Below are positions 48,001-56,333 of a stretch of DNA of 64,000 nt, piece after piece (the stretch's first letter is position 1; each line of letters starts with the position of its first letter). The DNA is taken from contig NIVC01003363.1 of the NCBI GenBank assembly GCA_002269645.1, positions 3,868 to 67,867 of the forward strand. The letters are read 5' to 3'. Both the position numbers and the translations under genes were made by a program. Under the pieces are notes generated by a model. It saw only the letters and a list, made by a program, of their open reading frames with translations, was not told the DNA's origin and did no database searches. The stretch comes from Macrostomum lignano (taxonomy: Eukaryota).

Positions 48001-49046
48001 GTGGTCTCAATTTCATGCTGCACGATGTCCGTCGTCCCGAGGCGCGCTGTACTCTCTGCGAAAACATCTGCGTATCGATTCACCAATCTTAGGAAACTCG
48101 CTTTGTCTGCCCCCGTGAGCTGCTTGGAGCCGTGCTGGTTCAGTGCCGCCTCTGGGTCCCATGGATCGCAGCTGGGTCGTAAAACCGACGCTTGCTCTTC
48201 GATGCTGGCTACCAGAACCTCTTGAGCCGGATCTGATGGTCGAAACCAGCCGATGACAGCTCCCTTCCGCAGCCGCAGCTCGGAGTCCGTGACATTCGCG
48301 AAGTGAACTGGTAGGGTGTTGCCCTGCTGGATGAGGCAGACGCTCCTGGCTAGCATTGGTCTCTCATCGCTCTTCAGTTTTTCGTCTGGCTCGGCGACGC
48401 CGAGCACTCCGGAATTCTGTGTCGCTGTTCTCCGAATCCTGGCTGAGACGGTCCGTTCGTGATTGGCCGGAATGATCAAGTTTTCGTTCAGGTACAACCG
48501 GCAGACGACTGGTTTGTGCTTGGTCTCTCGGATTGGCACACGTGAACCGTTCACGCGGAAAACTCCTCCGGCGAAATCGATTTGGCACCGGTGGCGGCGT
48601 AAGAAGTCGGTGCCTAGCAACAGTTCGTAGCCGACCCCTTGGACCACCGCAATTGGCGTCTGTAAAGTTTCTGATCCGAACTGTAGGGGAAGCGACGCGC
48701 ATCCTAACACATTCATGGGAGTTCCGTTCGCTGAGATCAGGTGGGTTTCCGAAGGGCTGAGTTCAACTCGAACCGACTTGCTCAACTGCCGCCAGGTCCT
48801 CTCGTTCACCAGCGACATGACCGAGCCCGAATCCAACAGACACGGCAACTCAATCTCGCCAATTTTTACCGACACGTAGATTGACACGGGATTAAAAGCT
48901 GTTGCAGGTTGATCTCTATCTCTTGAGCAGTCCGCCGGACATCCTGCTGCACGTCGCTCCGGGGCTGCATCTTCGTCTCGGGTTGGGGCCTCTACTGTCT
49001 CGGCGGAACTCCCTCGCCCCTGCGGAAGTTCCCCTTGCCGTTTCCC
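45069..49046 (-). CDS. pol: pol polyprotein (protease, reverse transcriptase, RNase H, integrase)
   Basis: LLDSGS protease; RLCVDYRELN, LDLCSGYWQ, LPFGLTNAPATF and YIDD in RT; RNase H (LDTDGS, YCTTRIELLAL, TDHASL); integrase H..H..C..C, DLIGP, HSDQGANFES, GNGQVESFN and a GPY/F-like LHSPWTGP. The frame is open from the slippery site at 49046 to the stop at 45069. Confidence 0.97.
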   Translation of the reverse strand, partial: GKRQGELPQGRGSSAETVEAPTRDEDAAPERRAAGCPADCSRDRDQPATAFNPVSIYVSVKIGEIELPCLLDSGSVMSLVNERTWRQLSKSVRVELSPSETHLISANGTPMNVLGCASLPLQFGSETLQTPIAVVQGVGYELLLGTDFLRRHRCQIDFAGGVFRVNGSRVPIRETKHKPVVCRLYLNENLIIPANHERTVSARIRRTATQNSGVLGVAEPDEKLKSDERPMLARSVCLIQQGNTLPVHFANVTDSELRLRKGAVIGWFRPSDPAQEVLVASIEEQASVLRPSCDPWDPEAALNQHGSKQLTGADKASFLRLVNRYADVFAESTARLGTTDIVQHEIETTGTAVKQPPRRLPPHWRGEVDRQIDELLATKMIEPTQSPWSSPVVCVRKKNGELRLCVDYRELNQRTVKDAIAIPRVDDALEALGGAAVFSTLDLCSGYWQVKVKREDQEKTAFVIPHRGQFAFKVLPFGLTNAPATFTRLMNMVLHDLLWKMALVYIDDIIIWSRTVSEHLTNLEAVFQRLRAANLRLKPSKCRFLADEVKFLGHVVSKDGIDVDPEKIKEVRDWSIPRNAKDLQSFLGLAGYYRNFIPEFSIVAAPLFDLTKKDKPFSWREEHDEAFKKLKEELTGCRVMAYPNFDPTAGEFILDTDGSTRQGLGAVLSQVQEDGSERVIAYGSRRLQGAEFNYCTTRIELLALVTFAERFRYYLLGRRFRVRTDHASLQWLRSMRQPEGQLARWMERLAPFDFAVEHRPGARHQNADALSRKPTRRHPEMDNCPSCRTDDLPGVRVTTLLGLLSRDELAAAQAVDNDIAPVYQSMHAGRANEEPPRGASPTTRAIWAQKPRLEIVDNTLVIKDLGRHPPRAVLPKKLIPDALQTLHSGPGGGHFGVAKTLEKVRNRFWRPGLKREVEEFVRRCDDCNRSKPGMRRKAPLEPIPSSHVFERVMVDLIGPLPTSVRGNKYILTMQDAFSKWPVAVPVPDQTASTCARAMLEEWVCHYGAPGTIHSDQGANFESQLIGQLCESLNIRKTRTTAYHPSGNGQVESFNKTLTAVIRAHLVKEPDQRRWDEFVAPALMAYRSSVHRGTGYSPFFLLHGREMSLPVDLGVARPLDIEPYCEEVQNLRETLVEAHRVVRERITSYQRVQKDWYDRKVKGREFVAGDEVFVYNPVLKAGAKAKLHSPWTGPAVVLEKLSETRYRIRQEGRRKPIKVVHFNNLLPRYRKYPVDGTGGPRRPAPRRYHPGPAQETESVREDSQESDDEDEERWWRHSGRVREEGEPMDVQQPGVQPQPEAPVEVIEGRPQRDRRVPQRYGTPVYY

Positions 49047-49972
49047 TGTTGCTGACGGGTTGGGCAGTTAGTCGCGATGTGCCCTGGCTTGTTGCAGAAG
49101 AAGCAGCGAATTCCTCCCGTTCGTCGAGGCTTCTGATGGTCGCCTTCGTCGGAGTCGGTCGGTCGAGCTGCGGCGCTGCTATGCGGTTCCGCTCTCAGCG
49201 ACTCGAGCTGAACCACTTTGCCTTGAAGCTGCCTCACCAGTTTCTTCAACTCCTCGAGCTCTTTGTCCTTTTCTTGGGAGTAGGCTCCATCCTCCCGAGG
49301 CACAGATTCCGCCGCGCCGCTCACCACGAAGACTCCTCGGTGGCCGCTGCCAGTTGCTCCAGCCGATCTCGGTCCCTTCGCCGCCTTGGACGCCGCCTCG
49401 AGCTGCCTCACCGCGCGTTGTGCTGCCACCAGACCTTCGGGCTGCTGCAGGTAGAGCTTCTCTCGCTGGAGGTCGGAGAGTCTCACCCCTTGCATGAAGC
49501 GATCCTTCGCGAGGTCGTCCTGCAGCTCGGCAGTTGCCGCCGGGTAGGCACAGCGCACCAGTTCAAGGAGAGCATCTGCGTAGGCCTCCAACGACTCGCC
49601 ATCCTTCTGATCTCGGGTTTTTAGCTCGACCTTGCTGTCCTGCTCTGTCCGGTACCGGGAGAAGCGAGCCTCCAACCGGGCGGTGAATCCCTCGTAGTCC
49701 AGCGGATCCACAGGATCGTCGGGTCCCGGCAGGTTCAGATTATCGACCGCAGCGTACGCCGTAGCGAGATCCAGCATGCTCATCAAGTGCTCGCGGCGAT
49801 GCTCCTCGTCAATCTCGGCGGAGTCGCAATAAGCGTTGAAAGAGCGCAGCCAGAGTCGAAAATTCATGCTTGACGTGTACTTCACGGGCTTCGGGAGTCT
49901 CGGTGGCTGGGCTGGTCCATCCGCTCGCAGACGCTCGGCTAGCAGCCGAATCAGTTCGTCCACATTCGCCAT
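48992..49972 (-). CDS. gag: gag with CCHC zinc knuckle
   Basis: 326-aa ORF starting just after the PBS, with a coiled-coil segment and CFFCNKPGHIATNC. Confidence 0.92.
   Translation of the reverse strand: MANVDELIRLLAERLRADGPAQPPRLPKPVKYTSSMNFRLWLRSFNAYCDSAEIDEEHRREHLMSMLDLATAYAAVDNLNLPGPDDPVDPLDYEGFTARLEARFSRYRTEQDSKVELKTRDQKDGESLEAYADALLELVRCAYPAATAELQDDLAKDRFMQGVRLSDLQREKLYLQQPEGLVAAQRAVRQLEAASKAAKGPRSAGATGSGHRGVFVVSGAAESVPREDGAYSQEKDKELEELKKLVRQLQGKVVQLESLRAEPHSSAAARPTDSDEGDHQKPRRTGGIRCFFCNKPGHIATNCPTRQQQGNGKGNFRRGEGVPPRQ
49005..49046 (-). promoter_or_regulatory. -1 programmed ribosomal frameshift signal
   Basis: G GGA AAC heptamer in the gag frame (49046-49040), 7-nt spacer, 9-bp stem GGAACUUCC/GGGAGUUCC. 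pol lies in the -1 frame. Confidence 0.75.
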
Positions 49973-49996
49973 GACAGCTCACAAGCAAACTGAGCA

Positions 49997-50014
49997 GTCC
50001 CTGTTCGGGCGCCA
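49997..50014 (-). promoter_or_regulatory. Primer binding site for tRNA-Lys(UUU)
   Basis: TGGCGCCCGAACAGGGAC, 1 nt downstream of the 5' LTR. Confidence 0.92.
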
Positions 50015-50015
50015 A

Positions 50016-50983
50016 TGTTGTATCCCCCTTCCTCGCTGGCACGGCCGGGTTGGGCGACGGGTAGCGGTGTCGGGGTTCGGGTACTAGACTGCCCAGGGCT
50101 TACGAGCTCGATCGGCGACCCCGAGGCGTACGGACACTTCGGGGGGAGGTCAAGGTTGAGAAGTCGAGAGAGAGGGGAGGGGCGGCTGTGGGCGGGCGGC
50201 CACTCGACAGCCTGGTGAGTCAAGGAAGAGAGAGAGGGCTGCGGGCGGTCGGCCACTCGACAGCCTGGTGAGTCAAGGAAAAGAGAGAGGGCTGTGGGCG
50301 GGCGGCCACTCGACAGCCTGGTGAGTCAAGGAAGAGAGAGAGGGCTGCGGGCGGTCGGCCACTCGACAGCCTGGTGAGTCAAGGAAAAGAGAGAGTGAGA
50401 GAGAGAGAGAGATCAGGAGAGCGACCCCGAGGAACACAGGCAATTGTCTCGACAGCTTACCGGGCCGGGTCGATTATAGCACTCATACACGGGAAGGCCG
50501 ATCGATTGCAATAAATTGAGTCTTCGCAGTAAGAGACCGTCTCTACGGTTGATCGCTGGTCACGTTCGTTTATTTATCGCGGTGGGCGCAAATGGGCGCA
50601 GGCACGGTGAGAAAAGGGGCGGGGTCTGAGCGTCGCCTTAAATAACGAGTAAAAAGGGGCAGGGGCGCAAACAAGGGGGGGGAGAAAGGGCTTAAACAAT
50701 GGAGCTGATTGACAGCTGATTGGCTGCGGCGAGGGGAGGGTGGAAGCGCGCACGGCCAGGGAGAGGGAGAGAGAGCAGAGGCCCAGCCAATCAGCACGGC
50801 TAGCCAAAGGGCTAAACAGCCAAGGCGAGAGAGAGAGAGAAAGAGAGCAGAGGCTCAGCCAAAGGGCTCATAGCTCCAGACTGGCTTGAGCCGGGGGGGG
50901 GGGGTAACAATAATCAACTACCAAAGTCAACAACTATCAAAGTGCACTTGCACCAGGGGAGCACTGTGACACAGGTCACAACA
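50016..50983 (-). repeat. 5' LTR
   Basis: Matches 42105-43069; the only differences noticed are homopolymer and (GA)n lengths. Confidence 0.95.
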
Positions 50984-51187
50984 CATGAATATATACATGA
51001 GTATGAATACATTTATATAGGTATTTTAACTGCAATTTATCTAGTTTTCTTTCTTGTATTTTACCAGATTATGAAATTGGCAGGTTAGATTATAGCATAG
51101 CTGCATAGGCCTGTAATCCTTCATTTTTATTATTTTATATTATTTTATAATATTTTATTATTTACTAGGAAACTATGAACTTTTTGG

Positions 51188-52736
51188 CAGTGTTGGGCAA
51201 GTTACTCAAAAAAAGTAACTTGCGTTACTGTAACTTAAGTTACCAATTTTTAAAAAGTAACTTACGTTAGCCTAGTAACTTTAGACAAAAACCTGGTAAC
51301 TTTTAAGTTACTGTCCGTTACTCACTTCCGTTACCCATGTTATTAACAAAATTTTCTGCTTTTTTCACATTGCACATTTTTTCACATTGTTGTTACCGAA
51401 ATTTGCCATTGGGCATTGGGATTAACCGATTAACAGACAGAGACAGGAATTGGCGACACGATGTGAGGCAAGTAGAAGGACCAATGGGCAATGGCAATCA
51501 ATAATTAAAATTATAAATGATAAAATAAACGAATATCAAAAATTCAATAGAGTAAAATAAATAGAACTGTATAAAATGGTCTAGTGTACTGCACAAGGAC
51601 GACTTAAGTAGAAGGACGGGAAACCTCGTTTCCTAGAAAAGTTCTGAAGGCACTTTTTCCCGAAAAAATACACTACGGAGATAGGAAGTTTTCATTTTTT
51701 CAGCACAAAAATTGTTATTGCGTTTGATAGGAGGCAGATCCAGTGTTCATCTTTTGATATGTTGTGCCTTTTTTATTGCTCTATCGATATTTTTAAAGCT
51801 TTTCGTTCAGAAAATTAGGATTCTATGTTAATTTTTTATTCTACGTATATTTCCTGTATCTAAAAATCACAAAAATGCATGACACAGCTCCAATATTTGG
51901 TTTTATGAACCTATTTTATCATCTCTGTTACAAATATTTGCTACACAGTCGGGTAAGAATTATAAAAAAGACTCATGAAGCTAAAGAGCCGAGCCGTGGC
52001 ATTCTAATGTATTTCAAGCACAAGACACGCGAAAATATACGTAGAATAAAAAATTAACATAGAATCCTAATTTTCTGAACGAAAAGCTTTATAAATATCG
52101 ATAGAGCAATAAAAAAGGTACAACATATCAAAAGATGAACACTGGATCTGCCTCCTATCAAACGCAATAACAATTTTTGTGCTGAAAAAATGAAAACTTC
52201 CTATCTCCGTAGTGTATTTTTTCGGGAAAAAGTGCCTTCAAAACTTTTCTAAGAAACGAGGTTTCCCGTCCTTCTACTTAAGTCGTCCTTGGTACTGCAG
52301 TGCCAGTGGAGGGACTTGTGGAGGCTACAGATGAATTTCTTTCTTTGGTTTTTTGTTTGAATCAAACCTAGAAAATTTTTAGTAACGATCGAAAATGAAA
52401 GGCGAAAATATTTTACGGAAATTAACAAAGTAAAACATGTTTCAAGTATTTCTTCAATAATTAAGCGCAATACCATATGATACTATTACTTAATTTTGAA
52501 TTTAGGAATGAAAAATGCAAAAACATGTGACAACCGGCGTACTAGCTAAGAATTTCAGTTTTAAATTTAAATATGGCGATTGTTGAAAAGTAACTGTAAC
52601 GGACTTCCGAAATTTGAGTAACTTACCGTTACTCCGTTACTAAAATAAAAAAGTAACTTGCGTAAGGAACGCTTTACGAAAAAGTAACTTGCGTTACCAT
52701 TTGCAAGTTACTCGGTAACGGAAGTGCCCAACACTG
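51188..52736. mobile_element. Non-autonomous hAT DNA transposon, arm-2 specific
   Basis: TIR CAGTGTTGGGCA / TGCCCAACACTG, 8-bp TSD CTTTTTGG (51180-51187, 52737-52744), many subterminal GTAAC/GTTAC motifs. The empty site with a single CTTTTTGG lies at about 6268-6275 in arm 1. Confidence 0.92.
51594..52291. mobile_element. Nested MITE with TIRs of about 260 bp (P-like or hAT)
   Basis: CAAGGACGACTTAAGTAGAAGG...CCTTCTACTTAAGTCGTCCTTG with an 8-bp TSD GTACTGCA (51586-51593, 52292-52299). Confidence 0.88.
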
Positions 52737-54432
52737 CTTTTTGGATATAAGTACAGTCATAGGCCCAGACTATAAACTAGAACTAGAATTATAGTATATT
52801 TTTATTTTATTTGCCATGGGCATTTTAGGGGGGCTAGTCTTTTAAATAGAATTCTGACCAAATTAGCTATAATAAAAAAATCCTATAGGCCAATCTAGAT
52901 ATATCTGCCAAGGCATACATGCGCAACCTTGGGAATCACTTGGCCATTTCTATTGGCAATATACATAGGCCTATGCAAGTCACTATTGGCTAAGAGCGAT
53001 TATATGACTAATTTATGCCAACAGGCTTTTATTACCAACAAAAATATGCCAAAATTTGCCAAATCTGTCTACCCTATCCTTATACTCCTATTTTACTCTT
53101 TTAAAGGGTTCTTCTCTTAGTCCTAGATATTCCTGGGATCAGAGGGTCACAGCTTCTTAGCCTTATACTGCCCTGAGGCAATTTATTGCTCTAAGGCATT
53201 TTACTGCTCTGAGGCAATCTATTGCCCAATGGTGATCTACTGCTCTAAGGCAATTCTCACTTTTTAGCATATCTTAACTCTCCCAAATTGGGGCTTTTAA
53301 TTCTTAATAATTGAAGAAGCCAAATAAAAAAATACGTATAGATTTAGTGAAAACTTAGCCATCAGCTAAGTTCTTGCAAGTTTGCAGGTTTGCAGGTCTC
53401 TGCAAGTTGCCTTCCTTGGCCCACTTGGGGCTTCTATTTATACTAGTTGACTGGTCTATTTAAAACAAATTTATTTGCAGAAAATTATTTTGTATCACAA
53501 CATTAACACAAAGATATTTTAGCAGACATTTGAATATTATATTTTCTAAGAAATGATAGGTTGTTATCATAGCAAAAATATACTAGAAGAATATACAGTA
53601 TTATAGAAAAGTGCACTATCTCACTATTAAACTAATTCACTAGCCCATTTGTAGATGCTATCTACCAAATCTAATACTAATATATTAATATTTTTCTTAT
53701 ACAAACTTAAATATTTAAAATATTGGAGTTGCTTTTGTTTTATTCTTATATTTGTTAAAAATTTAAATGAATCCAATGATGAATTAAATAGCAAAAAATA
53801 ACCTACTTTCCAAATACCAAATATGAATACCAAATTTTTATTCCATCTCTACTATATGGTGTAGGTTTTAATTTCAGCTGTGACCTGATATAGAAAACCT
53901 GGCATGTCTCATTGGCATAGGTTGCTAAATGCTAAGTTGGCAAGCCAATTGCTATATAAGCTACTTAGGGCATTATTGATGTGGTGTCACAAAGATATTA
54001 CTAATATATGCTTTAGTTTTTGCCTATTTTATATGATGATTTCTAAATTTGCAATGAATAACTTCAATTACTTGTTGGCAACTTAGATAATCTATTCTTT
54101 GTTTTAATTGCAGCTTCTGAATTTGTTTTTTTTTAAATCACAATATCTTGAAAGCCAAAAACTCCTATAGTTGCAATATATGCTACATATAGTATACTTC
54201 TACCTTTTTGAATTTGCCAAAACATTAATTAAGTCACATAGACAACCATGACTTGCCAATGTGCATGCAAAATGTCAATTTGAATAAAAACTATTCTTTA
54301 CAAATGAAAATATAAAAAACAGTAAATATACATTGGAAAAGGGAAAATTATACATTTACAGAGAAATTGAGAAAACGATTGCCAGTTTGATTACAATTTA
54401 ATGTTCTAGGACTCGAACCCCGGACCTTGCAG

Positions 54433-54873
54433 GCGGGCAAATCCGGCGCATCCTCGGGCTACATGTGCAGCCTGCCCGACGAGCTGCAGCAGAAGCTGAA
54501 GAAATTCCGACTGCGCAAGGAGAAAAATGTGGCCGCCATTGTGCTGAAAATCGACCGCGAGAAGATGGAGGTCTGCGTGGAGACCGAGGTTCAGGACTGC
54601 AGCATCGAGGACATTGTGGAGGAGCTGTCCGAGCACCAGCCGCGCTACCTGCTGCTGAGCTACGTGCACTCGTACCCTGACGGCCGGGTCACCTACCCGC
54701 TGATGTTCATCTTCAGCACCCCGCGTGACAGCAACCCGGAGCTGCAGGTGCTGTACACCGGCACCATCAAGACCGTCATTGATGTGGTCGGCCTCACCAA
54801 GGTGTTCGAAATTCGCAGCACGGACGAACTGGACGAGGAATGGCTGCAGCAGAAGCTGGAGTTCTACCGGTGA
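54433..54873 (+). CDS. GMF: Glia maturation factor, arm-2 copy
   Basis: Same protein as 4140-4580, intact, preceded by a TTGCAG acceptor. AATAAA at 55189-55194. Confidence 0.92.
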   Translation, partial: AGKSGASSGYMCSLPDELQQKLKKFRLRKEKNVAAIVLKIDREKMEVCVETEVQDCSIEDIVEELSEHQPRYLLLSYVHSYPDGRVTYPLMFIFSTPRDSNPELQVLYTGTIKTVIDVVGLTKVFEIRSTDELDEEWLQQKLEFYR

Positions 54874-55474
54874 CTTCGGCCTGTGTTTTGTAGCTGCCGG
54901 ATGTCCTGCCTGTCTCCACTGGAACTTGCTTGGTGTGTGCGAGCTGTTTTAGGCTAGAAATTTTATTCATATTTATGCCAATAACTTACATGCTTTGATT
55001 CGCCTGAGATTTCAGTTTATACTCAGCTTATCGCCCTGGATGCCACCCCAGCAATTTCAAAGCTGTTATACCATGTTTTTGTTTGTCTGAAACAGAATTC
55101 TGTTAATTGTGCTGCCACCTGGGAAGGCTTTGGATGAAATCGCTTCTCATGTATTCCTGCTTCGTTAATTCTTTAGCATGTAAATTTTAATAAATCCATG
55201 GTTATGCAGACTTGTCATATTTGTGCCTGTCTAAAATTTTAGCCGTTTATCTATTAAACCTGATCTTTCCGAATAATCAATCAATTTTTATTCTTGGCAA
55301 GCCGATGACAACCACAAAGCTGATTTTTCTAATTGACAATAAATCAATTTGTGCTGTTTAGCTTTGATCAGCAACACGAGATGTCCTGTGCAACAGAAAC
55401 ACCTGTTCTGCTTTCCTCTGCCTTTAGTTTTGTTGCTTAGGACCTTTGTCTGTGGAATTACTGAGTAGTCAATG

Positions 55475-55870
55475 CTGGGACACTTCACCCGCCATTGGTC
55501 CTGAGACTGGGACACTTCACCCGCCATTGGTCCTGAGACTGGGACACTTCACCCGCCATTGTCCTCAGACTGGGACACTTCACCCACCATTGGTCCTCAG
55601 ACTGGGACACTTCACCCGCCATTGGTCCTCAGACTGGGACACTTCACCCGCCATTGTCCTCAGACTGGGACACTTCACCCGCCATTGGTCCTCAGACTGG
55701 GACACTTCACCCGCCATTGGTCCTCAGACTGGGACACCTCACCCGCCATTGGTCCTCAGACTGGGACACCTCACCCTCCATTGTCTTCAGACTGGGACAC
55801 TTCACCCGCCATTGTCCTCAGACTGGGACACTTCACCCGCCATTGTCCTCAGACTGGGACACTTCACCTG
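55475..55870. repeat. 31/32-bp minisatellite (arm 2), about 12 units
   Basis: Mirror of 2793-3538 but about half as long. Confidence 0.93.
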
Positions 55871-56333
55871 AGACATTTTCCAATATAACTTCATCTAAAT
55901 CAAAGCTTTAAAATTTTTCAATAGTTCTGAATGTGAGGAAATTAGCAGCCTAGTGCTTAAAATTGCTCGGTACATTGATAAAAAACTGCTCAGACGCTCT
56001 GCATTAAAAATCAAATGCCAAAAAACAGTAAAAATAAAGTTGTATAAGCATGCGTTCGAGCAGTTTTTCAGATTAAAATTAAAAAGATTTTAAAATTCTA
56101 CATGTAGTAATGTCAACAGCATACTACTCATCGATTCTTCACCTCGTTAGCAGTATCTGTGGCTTTTCATTTCGTCTGTTGATAAGACAGCTGATTGAGC
56201 ATTCCGGTAGCTCAGATGTCATAGGATGCTATTACGAGCTAGATAAAGCCCAGTCACGTGACAGCTGTCCGACCCAATTCTCCTGCAGCTCACAGCCGCA
56301 GCAGCCGTGCTTCGAATTAGCGGCCTCAGCCGG

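Larger units (their letters stand above)
42105..50983 (-). mobile_element. Full-length Ty3/gypsy LTR retrotransposon with gag, pol and an extra J-domain ORF
   Basis: Two near-identical LTRs of about 965 bp with TGTTGT...ACAACA ends, PBS, PPT, gag, and PR-RT-RH-IN order in pol. Absent from the arm-1 site (about 6470-6500). Confidence 0.97.

Noticed and set aside
45045-49624. Plus-strand ORFs of 100-250 aa antisense to gag and pol
   Set aside because: Expected shadows of GC-rich coding sequence, with no recognisable motifs.
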